From positions 192,001 through 256,000 of the forward strand of contig CAVPSB010000013.1 in the NCBI GenBank assembly GCA_963708025.1: a stretch of DNA of 64,000 nt, read 5' to 3'. Position numbers and translations under genes: made by a program. The DNA is from an uncultured Candidatus Rokubacteria bacterium. GTDB lineage: Bacteria > Methylomirabilota > Methylomirabilia > Rokubacteriales > DASRDR01. The notes below the pieces were generated by a model. That model did not search any database and had not been told where the DNA came from. It saw only the letters and a list, made by a program, of their open reading frames with translations. Shown here piece by piece: positions 19,049-28,573 of this stretch; the stretch's first letter is position 1; every line of letters starts with the position of its first letter.

Positions 19049-21055
19049 TCAGCGGGTGGTGCGGGCCCGGCCGCTCGCCTCGTAGATCTTGGCTTCGACG
19101 AAGAGGTCGAGCAGGATGCGGTCGATGCGGCCTGCCCGCGCCTCGGTTCTCAGGATGTCGAGCGCCCGCTCGGCCGGCACCGCCGGCTTGTACGGGCGGT
19201 CGGCCGCCGCCAGGGCGTCGTACACGTCGGCGATGGTCATCATCCGGGCCTGGATGGGCACTTCGGCTTCTCGCACGCCCCGCGGGTAGCCGGAGCCGTC
19301 GAGGCGCTCGTGGTGACTGTAGGCGATGAGCGGCACCCGCCGCAGCTCCTTCGTCCAGGGGATCTGCATGAGGAAGCGGAAGCTGTGCGTCACGTGGGAC
19401 TCGATCTCCTGCCGCTCCTCGTCGTTCAGGCTGCCGCGGGGGATCGCCAGGTTGCGGATCTCGTAGTCGCTGAGGTATGGCCGGAGCGTGCCGTCGAAGT
19501 AGGCGTAGGTCTGCTCGCCCAGCGCGCGGAGATTGGCCGCGACCTCCGACCGCAGCACGGTGGGCTCGTTGAGCCGCAGCACGAGATCGAGCTGCTGACC
19601 CACCTCGGCCAGGCGCCGCTCCAGCTCCTCTTCGAGCTGCTTGACCTGGGGCCGGGCGGCCTCGGCCCCGACGCGCGTGATCACGTCGATGATCCGGCGC
19701 GCGCACTCGTACTGGATCGTCCGCTTGATGAAGTCGAACCGGGCCCCGATGACGCCCAGCTCCGGATCGAAGAGCTTCTTCGCCTTGACCAGGACGTGCT
19801 CGCGCACGCCGACCTTGCCGATGTCGTGCAGGATCGCCGCGTACTCGATCTCCTTCAGCTCGTCCCGGGTGAAGCGGACCTCGCGGTACTCGCCGGCGGT
19901 CACCTTGTCCACCACCCGGGCCAGCCCCAGCGTCAGGCGGGCGACCCGGTCCGAGTGACCCGCGGTGGCCGGATCCCGCTGCTCGATGGCGGTCACGGAG
20001 GCGCGGACGATGCCCTCGAGCAGTCGCTCGATGCGGCTGAGGAGGAGCGCCTTGTTGAGGGCCACCGCCGCCAGGCTCGCCAGCGAGCTGACCATCTCCT
20101 GGTCCCGGGCCCCGAATGGCTGGGCCTCGGCCTGGGCCGCCTCCGGGGTGTCGAGGCGGACCCGCGGCGAGCGCTTCTTGTTGATGACCTGGATGACGCC
20201 GATGATCTCGTCGGTGTGGTCGACCATCGGGATGACCAGCATCGACACCGTCCGGTAGCCCAGGGCCTGGTCCATCCGGTGGCTGTGGGTGTACTCGACC
20301 CCGTCGGCCAGCCGGTACACGTCCGGGAGGTTCAGCGGGTTCCGGGTGAGGGCGACGTAGCCGGCCAGGCTGGCCCGGTTGAGCGGGAGGCGGGCCGTCT
20401 TCAGGTCGAGGCTCTTGGAGTCGTTCTGGGCGACCACGAAGCGGAGCATCCGCTCGCTCTCGGCCTCCCACCGACCGGGCTCCCCTTCCTTCTCCTCCAC
20501 CAGGTAGAGGCTCCCCGCGTCGGCGGTGGTCACCTCACGACACTTGGTGAGGATCAGCTCCATGAGCCGGTTCACGTCCCGCTCGGCGGACAGGGCGAGG
20601 GCGACCCGGTTGAACTCCTTGAAGTCGACGACCTGCCGGACCAGCTCGGTCCGGAGGCCCTGGGCCGCCTGGACGTCGGCCAGGTACCGGAAGGTGCCGC
20701 GGATCTTGCGCACCAGGTGGTCCGGGTGGAAGGGGACCTCGAGGAAGTCGTCGATGGGCAGGAGGTTCAGGATCCGGGCCGCCTCCCCCAGCCGCTCCCG
20801 CTCGACGGCGACGATCACGGACACGGCGACGACCTGGAGGCCCCGGAGCCACTGGTCCACGATCCCCGGGTTCCGGGCAACCCGGTCCCAGTCGGCGACG
20901 ACGACCACCTGGTCGAAGGGGGGCAGGCCGGAGGGGATCTCGCCGCCCTCCCCGAGGGGGACCCGGACGATCTGGGGGTCGAGGGCCAGAAGCTCCCGGA
21001 AACCCGTAGCTTCCTGGTCCGCGGACCAGAGCAGCAGGCCCTTCAACCGAGCCAT
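19049..21055 (-). CDS. GAF + HD-GYP cyclic-dinucleotide phosphodiesterase
   Basis: ADAGSLYL, GYRTVSMLVIPM, GVIQVINK, TAGHSDRV, LHDIGK, HHERLDGSGYP, IADVYDAL, DRPYK. Confidence 0.92.
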   Translation of the reverse strand: MARLKGLLLWSADQEATGFRELLALDPQIVRVPLGEGGEIPSGLPPFDQVVVVADWDRVARNPGIVDQWLRGLQVVAVSVIVAVERERLGEAARILNLLPIDDFLEVPFHPDHLVRKIRGTFRYLADVQAAQGLRTELVRQVVDFKEFNRVALALSAERDVNRLMELILTKCREVTTADAGSLYLVEEKEGEPGRWEAESERMLRFVVAQNDSKSLDLKTARLPLNRASLAGYVALTRNPLNLPDVYRLADGVEYTHSHRMDQALGYRTVSMLVIPMVDHTDEIIGVIQVINKKRSPRVRLDTPEAAQAEAQPFGARDQEMVSSLASLAAVALNKALLLSRIERLLEGIVRASVTAIEQRDPATAGHSDRVARLTLGLARVVDKVTAGEYREVRFTRDELKEIEYAAILHDIGKVGVREHVLVKAKKLFDPELGVIGARFDFIKRTIQYECARRIIDVITRVGAEAARPQVKQLEEELERRLAEVGQQLDLVLRLNEPTVLRSEVAANLRALGEQTYAYFDGTLRPYLSDYEIRNLAIPRGSLNDEERQEIESHVTHSFRFLMQIPWTKELRRVPLIAYSHHERLDGSGYPRGVREAEVPIQARMMTIADVYDALAAADRPYKPAVPAERALDILRTEARAGRIDRILLDLFVEAKIYEASGRARTTR

Positions 21056-21294
21056 GGTTTCTCCCAAGCTCCGGGGGCCACGCTCCAAGGCGCGTAGCGG
21101 GACCGGACCCGTATAATGCGGGCCCGCCGTCCGGTGTGTCAAGATTCGTGTTGCGCCCGACGGCCGCGCAGGCGTTTCGTTACAACGGCTTCCGTGGAGA
21201 GCCGCCACCCCGCGGCGGGCGGGCGGAGGCGGACGGCCAGGCGATGTGCGAGCGGGGGGCCCGAGCCATTCCCACCGTCCATCGGCTGCTCGCA

Positions 21295-21485
21295 CCCCCT
21301 CTGGCTCCGGCCGCGCGGCCGTGGCGCTCCGCTTCGTGCCGCGGCCTCCGGGGGGGGGGCCTCGGGGGGGGGTCTTCCACCCCCCCGAAGATCTCAGAGC
21401 GTGTGAACGAATCGGGTCCTCCGGCTCCCCCCTCCCCCCAGTGGGTGGGGGAGGGGGGTTGGGGGGTGGGAGGGAGGTCCCGAAG
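21295..21485. repeat. Composite REP-like array: family B (21295-21396) plus family A (21397-21485)
   Basis: Matches the copies at 6260/23093 and 6104/47558. Confidence 0.82.
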
Positions 21486-21488
21486 ATC

Positions 21489-22364
21489 TCAGGGTCCCGC
21501 CCGAGGATGCCCGGCCAGCGGCTCGGAGGCCGGTCCCCGGTTCTCCGCGTCCAGCGCTCGCCAGAGCAGCGCCAGGATCGCGATCAGGTACATGTGCCCG
21601 GCCGACCACATGATGCCGCCGCCCAGGCCCTGGTCCTCGAGCGCCGAGAAGCCGAACAGCGTGCCGGCGGAGGCCTGGTACGTGGGATACAGCACGCGCT
21701 CCGTCAGCCCGATCAGGGCGCCGAGGAGCGTGTTCTGCGCGGTGGCCAGCACCAGGTACGCGATCCGGACGCCATAGTAGAGGCCGCCCCGGGGGCCCCG
21801 GACGCGGGGGGCGGGATCGACGATCGGCCACCAGAAGAGGACGGCGGTGGCGAAGAAGCTCAGGTGCTCGAGGTCGTGGATCACCTCGTGTCGGAGGGCC
21901 GCCTCGTAGGCCGGCGGCCAGTGCCAGCCCCAGAGGGTCAGCGTGTAGAGGAGCCCGGCGACCGGCAGCCGGGTCAGGGCGCGCAGCAGCCGGCGGGCCA
22001 GGCTCCCGTCCACAAGGTACCGCCGGAAGTCACGACGCAGCCGCCTCGGCAGGCCCCACATGGAGAAGGGGAACGGGTTGGCCAGGAGGAGGAGCGGGGG
22101 GGCGATCATCTGGAGGAGCTGGTGTTGCACCATGTGGACGGTCAGGAGCCGGGTCGCCAGGGAGTCGATCGGCGACATGAGAGCGACCGCGACGATGGCG
22201 AGTCCCGTCAGGTAAGCGGCGAGCCGCCACCGGGGTGCGAGAAGGTCCCCTCCCTGCCGGCGGAGCGCCCGCCAGCCCCGGAGATAGTTGACGGCGAGCA
22301 CGAGCAGGACGAGGCTCACGTCGGGACGCCACGGCCAGGGAAGCCACTCGGACTCGACGCTCAC
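21489..22364 (-). CDS. ctaG: Cytochrome c oxidase assembly factor, Caa3_CtaG family
   Basis: SPID, HMVQHQLL, APPLLL, WHWP, HDLEH, FWWP, DQGLGGGIMW. Confidence 0.9.
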   Translation of the reverse strand: MSVESEWLPWPWRPDVSLVLLVLAVNYLRGWRALRRQGGDLLAPRWRLAAYLTGLAIVAVALMSPIDSLATRLLTVHMVQHQLLQMIAPPLLLLANPFPFSMWGLPRRLRRDFRRYLVDGSLARRLLRALTRLPVAGLLYTLTLWGWHWPPAYEAALRHEVIHDLEHLSFFATAVLFWWPIVDPAPRVRGPRGGLYYGVRIAYLVLATAQNTLLGALIGLTERVLYPTYQASAGTLFGFSALEDQGLGGGIMWSAGHMYLIAILALLWRALDAENRGPASEPLAGHPRAGP

Positions 22365-22371
22365 GGCGCGT

Positions 22372-22986
22372 TCACCCGGCGGGCGCGAGCAGGCCCCGCA
22401 GGTACGCCCGCGACTGGGGCGCTGCCCAGTCGCGGAATCCGAGCACGGTGCCGACGAGGGCGCCGCGCCGGTCGATGAGGACGCTGGTCGGGAGCACCGT
22501 CACCCGGTACTGACGGGTCACCGCGCCGTCCGGGTCGAGCAGCACCGGCAACGCGAAGCCGGCCTCGCGGATGAACTGGCGGACCGCCTGGACCCCTTCC
22601 TGGTAGTTCACCGCCAGCACGACGAGCCCTTGCCGGTCGAGGTCGCGGGCGAGGGCCTGCATGGCCGGCATCTCCTCGCGGCAGGGCGCGCACCACGTGG
22701 CCCAGAAGTTGAGCAGCACGACCCGGCCGCGGTAATCCTCGAGCCGGACGGGACCGCCGCCGAGATCCTGGAGAGCGAGGGCCGGGGCCGGCGACGGGGC
22801 GGCACGGATGACGTCGAAGGCCGGCCCCGTGTCCGGGGACTGCCGGGGTCGGCCCCAGACCAGGGCTCCGGCCAGCGCGGCGACCAGCACCGTGAGGAAG
22901 AGGACCAGCTCGAGCCGGCGCCGGCGTGGCCCCGGACGCGGCGCGGCCGGACCCTCGGAGTCGGGCGCCATCGGCTCGTCGATCAT
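22372..22986 (-). CDS. TlpA/ResA-family membrane-anchored thioredoxin
   Basis: One TM, LLNFWATWCAPCREEMP, LPTSVLID. Confidence 0.9.
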   Translation of the reverse strand: MIDEPMAPDSEGPAAPRPGPRRRRLELVLFLTVLVAALAGALVWGRPRQSPDTGPAFDVIRAAPSPAPALALQDLGGGPVRLEDYRGRVVLLNFWATWCAPCREEMPAMQALARDLDRQGLVVLAVNYQEGVQAVRQFIREAGFALPVLLDPDGAVTRQYRVTVLPTSVLIDRRGALVGTVLGFRDWAAPQSRAYLRGLLAPAG

Positions 22987-23092
22987 GAGCCTAATGATAC
23001 CGCGAAGATCGGCGCGCCAGCAGGACGGCACGGCTGGACGAAGCAGGACGGGCCGCGGTTCTCTCATTCCTTGCGCGCATCGGCTTCGCGCA

Positions 23093-23222
23093 CCCCCCGG
23101 ATTCCGGCCGCGCGGCCGAGGTGTTCCGCTTCAAGCCGCGGCCCAAAGGCCGAAGGCCGTCCAGCAGTCGCGGCCTCCGAGGGGGGGCATCGGGGGGGTC
23201 TCCCGAGACCCCCCCGAAGACT
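23093..23222. repeat. REP-like element family B carrying an inserted CCAAAGGCCGAAGGCCGTC module
   Basis: Aligns with 6260-6366 apart from the inserted module; abuts the sthA stop. Confidence 0.8.
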
Positions 23223-24641
23223 TCAGTCGCGCCCGGGTGGCCGGGCTTCCAGGTGGGCGAGGTTCTGCAGGCCGTCGTAGGCGGCGTATTTGTACGCCTC
23301 GGCCAGCGTCGGGTAGTTGAAAACCGCCTGGATGAAGTAGTCGAGGCCCCCACCGAGCCCCATGCACGCCATGCCGACGTGGATGAGCTCGGAGGCGTCG
23401 TCGCCGACCGCGTGCACGCCGAGGAGGCGCTGGTTGTCGGGCGCGAAGATCAGCTTGATCAGGCCCCCTTGATCTCCCATGATCTGGCCCCGGGCGTTGC
23501 CGGTGTAGAAGGAGCGCCCGACGCAGTAGGGCAGGCCCTTCTCGCGGCAGCTCTCCTCCGTCTCCCCGGCCATCGCCACCTCGGGGATCGTGTAGACGGC
23601 CAGCGGCAGCACGGCCGCGACGCGCGTCTTGTACCGCAGGTCGAAGGCGTGGCACATCGCCACCCGGGCCTGTTCCATCGACACCGCGGCCAGGGCGGGG
23701 AACCCGATCACGTCGCCGGCCGCGTAGACGTGCGGCACCTCGGTCTGGTAGTGCTCGTTGACCTTCAACAAACCCTGGGGGGCCGGAGGGATGCCCGCTC
23801 GCTCCAGCGCCAGGTCGTCGGTGTTCCCCATCCGGCCGGTCGCGATCAGCGCCTTGTCCACCTCGAGCGTCTCGCCGGTCGAGAGCGTGAGCCGCACCGA
23901 GTCGGCTAGGGGCTCGTAGCGGGTGATGCTGACGCCGAGCCGGAGGCGGATCCCGTGGCGCTCCATCTGCTTGCGGAGGTGCTCGACGATCTCGCCGTCC
24001 AGGAACGACAGCATCCGGCGGCGTCCGAACAAAGTCAGCTCGATCCCGAGCGCGGCGAAGATGGAGGCGTACTCGCAGCCCACGATCCCGGTCCCGACCA
24101 CGGCCAGCCGGCGCGGCAGTCGATCCATCTGGAGCACGTTGTCGCTGTCCAGAAGGAGTCGGCCGTCGACGGGGATGTCCGGCGTCCGCAGCGGCCGGGA
24201 GCCAGTGGCGATCAGGATGACTTCGCCCCGGAGGAGCCGGTCGGGCTCGCCGTCCTTCCGGACGCAGATCGTGTGCGAGTCATCGAAGCGCCCGGCGCCC
24301 TGGACCACCGTCACCCGGTGACGCTCCAGGTTCTCGGCGACCTTGGCCCGGAGCGCCGCCACCACCTCACGCTCCCGGTGCATGAAATCGCGGACGGTGA
24401 GATCGGGCTTGACGGCGTAGTCCACCCCGTAGAGGCCGCGGGTCCCCAGCCCGGAGAAGTAGAGCGCGCTCTCCCGCAGCGTCTTCGAGGGAATTCCCCC
24501 GCGGTTGATGCCGGACCCCCCGACGTACGGCGCGCGCTCGACCACGGCGACGCGCTTGCCGAAGTAGGCGGCCTGGGCGGCGCCCTTCTCCCCGGCCGGA
24601 CCCGCCCCCAGGATGACGAGGTCGTAGTTTTCGACGCTCAT
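23223..24641 (-). CDS. sthA: Soluble pyridine nucleotide transhydrogenase
   Basis: GAGPAG, IPSKTLRE, ATGSRP, GCEYAS, AGDVIGFPALA, ASELIHVG, VFNYPTLAEAYKYAA. Confidence 0.9.
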   Translation of the reverse strand: MSVENYDLVILGAGPAGEKGAAQAAYFGKRVAVVERAPYVGGSGINRGGIPSKTLRESALYFSGLGTRGLYGVDYAVKPDLTVRDFMHREREVVAALRAKVAENLERHRVTVVQGAGRFDDSHTICVRKDGEPDRLLRGEVILIATGSRPLRTPDIPVDGRLLLDSDNVLQMDRLPRRLAVVGTGIVGCEYASIFAALGIELTLFGRRRMLSFLDGEIVEHLRKQMERHGIRLRLGVSITRYEPLADSVRLTLSTGETLEVDKALIATGRMGNTDDLALERAGIPPAPQGLLKVNEHYQTEVPHVYAAGDVIGFPALAAVSMEQARVAMCHAFDLRYKTRVAAVLPLAVYTIPEVAMAGETEESCREKGLPYCVGRSFYTGNARGQIMGDQGGLIKLIFAPDNQRLLGVHAVGDDASELIHVGMACMGLGGGLDYFIQAVFNYPTLAEAYKYAAYDGLQNLAHLEARPPGRD

Positions 24642-24705
24642 CGGTCTACCCTGCCGTCAGACACGGCCGACTGTCCTCGCATGGTACCGGGGTGGGACGG
24701 GCGAG

Positions 24706-24798
24706 TCACTTCCGGACCGTCAGGATCGCGACCCACGCGAAGAAGATGACGATGCCCGCGAGGAACAGGCCGAAGGCGAGGGTCTCGATGCCGGTCAT
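24706..24798 (-). CDS. 30-aa single-TM protein
   Basis: MTGIETLAFGLFLAGIVIFFAWVAILTVRK*; below the ORF-track cutoff. Confidence 0.55.
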   Translation of the reverse strand: MTGIETLAFGLFLAGIVIFFAWVAILTVRK

Positions 24799-24810
24799 GG
24801 TCCAGCCATT

Positions 24811-24918
24811 CTATCGCAGGAGGGAGAGCAGCCCGCCGAACACGTTGTAGAGCGCGTCGGCGGCGAGGAGGACGAGGTTGAGCACCGCCAGCACCAGGAC
24901 CAGCCGCACGGCGGTCAT
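24811..24918 (-). CDS. 35-aa single-TM protein
   Basis: MTAVRLVLVLAVLNLVLLAADALYNVFGGLLSLLR*; GGAGG RBS. Confidence 0.55.
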   Translation of the reverse strand: MTAVRLVLVLAVLNLVLLAADALYNVFGGLLSLLR

Positions 24919-24967
24919 TCGGGCCCTCCCGACGCGACATCCATGCGGCCCGAGCGAGGAGCCCGAT

Positions 24968-25183
24968 TCACCGCGCTAACCCCGGACCGAGTCCGCCCCA
25001 GTACTTGAAGAGGTAGTAGACGGCCCACACGCCGAGCACCGCGTAGACGAGGAGGAGCCACCGGTTGACGATACCATGGTACGCTCGGACCTCGCCACGC
25101 GCGTAGTCCTCGACGGGGCCGCGCCGGCGCTCGTGCTCGGCGATCACCCGGTCGCGTTCGGCCGCCTCACCGTCGGTCGTCAT
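24968..25183 (-). CDS. Small membrane protein resembling the CcoP N-terminal (FixP_N) segment
   Basis: EVRAYHGIVNRWLLLVYAVLGVWAVYYL; no CxxCH. Confidence 0.55.
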   Translation of the reverse strand: MTTDGEAAERDRVIAEHERRRGPVEDYARGEVRAYHGIVNRWLLLVYAVLGVWAVYYLFKYWGGLGPGLAR

Positions 25184-25340
25184 GCTCGATTCCCTCGGTC
25201 TCCAGCACCTGGTACTTGACCCGCTCGACGTCCTTGAGCTGGCCCGACGCCGCCGCCCACAGGAATAGGCAGAGCGCGGCGAGGCTCATGAACAGCGACA
25301 CGACGAACTGCCCGAACACCAGCGCGATCAGCTCCTGCAT
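25167..25340 (-). CDS. ccoS: cbb3 oxidase maturation protein CcoS/FixS-like
   Basis: SLFMSLAALCLFLWAAASGQLKDVE matches the FxWAxxxGQFxD pattern. Confidence 0.75.
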   Translation of the reverse strand: MQELIALVFGQFVVSLFMSLAALCLFLWAAASGQLKDVERVKYQVLETEGIEHDDRR

Positions 25341-25357
25341 CGTGCCTCTCCCGGCGC

Positions 25358-26999
25358 CTACCGGCCCTCGCCCATCAGGCCCTTGTAGAAGCGGACAAGC
25401 GCCTTGGGCGATCCGTCTCCCGGCGCCCCGGGGTCGAGGGCCAGCCGCGAGCTGGCGTACGCCTCGCCGTCCGGGTCGTCGAGCCGGGCCCGGATCGCCG
25501 CGTCGACCTTCAGCTTCTGGCCGGTGAGCGGGTCGTTGAAGGCGGAGAACGACAGCACATAGTAGCTGATCGCCCACCGCTCCGCCTCGCTCATCGAGTC
25601 GACGAACGACGGCATCGGCGTGCCGTCGAGACCGGTGGCCATCGCCCGGAAGATGTCGCGGACGTCCGAGCCGCCCTTGAACTGGCCCCGGGTGAAGTCG
25701 GCGGGGCGGATCCTGAACCCCCAGTCGTCCTTCAGCTCGCCGGCCGAGGGTCCGTCCCCCTTGCCGCCGTCGCCGTGACACTGGAAGCACTTGGCCTTCG
25801 CGTAGAGCGCCTTGCCCTGCTCGAGCAGCTCCGGCGTCGCCCGGGGCGGGTCGCCGATCGGGATCGGCGGATCCGGCTTCTCGTCCTTCCACCGCGGCGA
25901 GAAGGTCTTCACGTAGCTGATCACGGCGAGCCGGTCCTTCTCGGGCAGCTCGTGCCAGGTGGGCATCGCCGTGTAGCGCACGCCACGCGTGAGGGTGCGG
26001 AAGAGGTCACCGTCGGTCGGCAGCGAGCCGGACGGCGTCGTCCGGAACTTGAAGGCGCCGAGGCGGAAGTCGCGCGGCCGCGGGTCGAGGAAGGTCGCGA
26101 CGGGCCCGTTGCCGTCGCCCTTGGCGCCGTGGCAGCCCGACGCAGCGCCGCTCGTAGACCTCCCGGCCCCGCGCCTCTTGCGCCTCCGTCCGGGGAATGG
26201 TCATGACGCTGGCCGAGATCGTCTGGGGCTCGAAGGCGTCCCGCCACGCCCCGCGGTTCATGCCCAGCTTCTGGATGTACGCGACCAGCCCTCGCAGCTC
26301 CTCGGTGGGGACGACCACCGTGAGGGTCTTGCCCTGCCAGGCGTCGACCCGGTTGTACGGCTCGGGCAGGTTCTCGACGTCGAGAGCCGGCGTCCCGTCC
26401 GTCTCCTCGGAGAAGGCCAGCCCCGTCGGGGCTCGGGATGGAGCGGCAGCCGCCGGTCGCTCCCGGTGAAGAGGGCGCGCAGCCCGGCGGAATCGGCCAG
26501 GACCGGCCCGCCGTCCTTCGCCGCCACCACGACCCGGACGCGTCCGGTAGAGCCAGCGGAACCCCGGCATCACCGAGTCGGGCACGATCGCGGTCGGTGT
26601 CCAGTGATGGGCGTAGTGCCAGCCGTCGGCGTACTTGAGCCCGACGCGCGTGAGGTCCGGCCCGATGCGACGGGTGGAGAGCAGGTGCGGCCAGTCGTGC
26701 GCGTACTCCCCCACCTGGGAGACGGGCCCCCACCGCATGTCCTCGCCGGTGACCGGCCGGACGTACTGGCTGTGGCAGTACCAGCAGCCCTCGCGCTGGT
26801 ACACCTGGCGACCGAGCTGCTCGCGCGGGCTGTAGGGCGACGACTCGTACCAGACCCACTTGATGTCGCCGAGGTCGTTCCGCACCGCCCGCGTCGCCCG
26901 CGTCTCGCGCGACTCCGGGATGGCGATCGGCAGGATACCCTGGATGAAGATCGCCAGCGAGATGCAGAGGAAGCCGGCGCCGAGGGTGTAGGCTTTCAT
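25358..26999 (-). CDS. ccoO: cbb3 subunit II (CcoO) fused to two further cytochrome c domains (frameshifts near 26535, 26435, 26137)
   Basis: GRQVYQREGCWYCHSQYVRP, RIGPDL, SVMP, LVAYIQKLG; then CVG/CHG across a frameshift, PRPRDF..FKF, AMP; then CFQCH, TPMPSF. Confidence 0.82.
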
Positions 27000-27139
27000 G
27001 TCAATTCGGGACCTCCCGCCCACCCGATCCTTGGATGGCCTTCGGCCTTTGGCCCCCCTCCCCCACCGTTCGACGGCCTTCGGCCTTTGGCTGGGGGGAG
27101 GGAGGAGCCGGAGCAGCCAATTCCGTCACGCGCGCTCAC
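26996..27139 (-). other. 47-aa ORF spanning the repeat between ccoN and ccoO
   Basis: GTG overlaps the ccoN TGA; its TGA overlaps the ccoO ATG (ATGA). Confidence 0.5.
27004..27135 (-). repeat. REP-like element family A with two GGCCGAAGGCC modules
   Basis: Closely similar to 57855-57986. Confidence 0.85.
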
Positions 27140-28569
27140 GCCTGGGCCGGCCGGACGCCGGGGGCCCCCACCGGGCGCTCGGGCGCGGCGGCCGGCGCCG
27201 GCTCCATCGCGGTCCGCATGAAGTTGTAGACCAGGAGCGACATCCCGACGTCCATCGAGATGCCCGACAGCGTCCGCACCAGCCAGAACGGCTTCATGGT
27301 CACCACCGTGTCCACCCACTCCGCGCGGGCCATCAGCATGTACCCCTGCTGGAGCCCCTGGGCGGTGAGGACCAGGCCCATGGTGGAGATCCCGAGCGTG
27401 ATCAGCCAGAAGCTCCAGTTGCCGAGGCGGAAGCTCCACAGCTCGCGCCCGCACAGTCGCGGCCAGACGTAGGTGGCGCCGGCGATGGCCCACACCACGA
27501 AGGTCCCGAACACGGTGAGGTGCGAGTGGGAGATGACGAAGTCGGTGAAGTGGGTCGGCTCCTGGATGGCGCGGAGCGCCTCGGTCGAGCCCTGGAAGCA
27601 GCCCACCAGGTACATGATCGAGCCCATGATGAGGAACTTGGCGGGGAGGTTCCGGGAGAAGCCCCCCCAGTGCCCGACCATCGTCCCGAAGAAGTTCTGG
27701 AGCACGGTCCACACCGGGATGATGAGCATCATCGAGGAGATGATGGCGATGGTCTCCGCCCAGTCGGCGATCGGGCTGAACAGGTAGTGGTGGATGCCGA
27801 CGAAGGGATAGAAGAACGCCAGCGACCAGAAGCCGATCAGCGAGAGCTTGTGACTGTAGATAGGGGCCCGGACCGACGCGGGCAGGAAGTAGTAGATGAG
27901 CACGTACCCGGCCGGGGTGATCCAGAGTCCGACGACGTAGTGGATGTAGAGCCCGTGGAGGGCGGCGTTGTTGACCCCCGGCACCGTCCCGTAGGGGCCG
28001 ATGATGAGCAGGAGCAGGTTGATGCTGGTCCAGACCAGGGCGCCGATCAGGTACCAGAGGCTCACGTAGAGGTGGCGCTCGGTCCGGCGGGCGATGGTCA
28101 TGAGCATCTGGACGGTGGCGGCGATGATCACCACCGTCACCACGAGGACGTTGGGCAGTGGAAGCTCCCCTGCCTCCCAGCCCCGGTTGCCGCCGAATAC
28201 CGAGAGCCAGACGAACCCGACGACGAGGTTGAGGTTCCAGATCCAGAGGAGGGGCTGGCCCCACTCGCCCTTCCAGATGCGCACCCCGCACAGCCGCGGG
28301 GTGACGTAGTAAGCCAGGCCCATGAACAGCGTGGAGAAGGCGCCGAAGATGACGCCGTTGACGTGGACGGGGCGGAGGCGGCCGAACGTCGACCACGCCC
28401 AGTCGCCGAGGAAGTCGGGGTAGTTGAACTTGGTCGAGATGAGGACACCGACGGTGGGGGCGACCATGAGCCAGACGAACCCCCACAGGAGCCAGCCGCG
28501 GATGAGCCGGGCGTCGATCAGCTCGTCGTTGGCGCGGAGCGTCGCGCCCCACGTGCCCGGCGCCGTCAT
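27136..28569 (-). CDS. ccoN: C-family (cbb3-type) heme-copper oxidase subunit I, divergent
   Basis: FGRLRPVHVN, YVSLWY, YIHYVVG, YYFLP, YSHKLS..FFYPFVGIHH, HFTDFVISHSH. Confidence 0.88.
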   Translation of the reverse strand: MTAPGTWGATLRANDELIDARLIRGWLLWGFVWLMVAPTVGVLISTKFNYPDFLGDWAWSTFGRLRPVHVNGVIFGAFSTLFMGLAYYVTPRLCGVRIWKGEWGQPLLWIWNLNLVVGFVWLSVFGGNRGWEAGELPLPNVLVVTVVIIAATVQMLMTIARRTERHLYVSLWYLIGALVWTSINLLLLIIGPYGTVPGVNNAALHGLYIHYVVGLWITPAGYVLIYYFLPASVRAPIYSHKLSLIGFWSLAFFYPFVGIHHYLFSPIADWAETIAIISSMMLIIPVWTVLQNFFGTMVGHWGGFSRNLPAKFLIMGSIMYLVGCFQGSTEALRAIQEPTHFTDFVISHSHLTVFGTFVVWAIAGATYVWPRLCGRELWSFRLGNWSFWLITLGISTMGLVLTAQGLQQGYMLMARAEWVDTVVTMKPFWLVRTLSGISMDVGMSLLVYNFMRTAMEPAPAAAPERPVGAPGVRPAQA

Positions 28570-28573
28570 GGGG

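Noticed and set aside
27136-28569. Nitric oxide reductase (cNOR/qNOR)
   Set aside because: Lacks the HLWVE Glu, keeps the helix-VII Tyr, and is followed by ccoO and ccoS.
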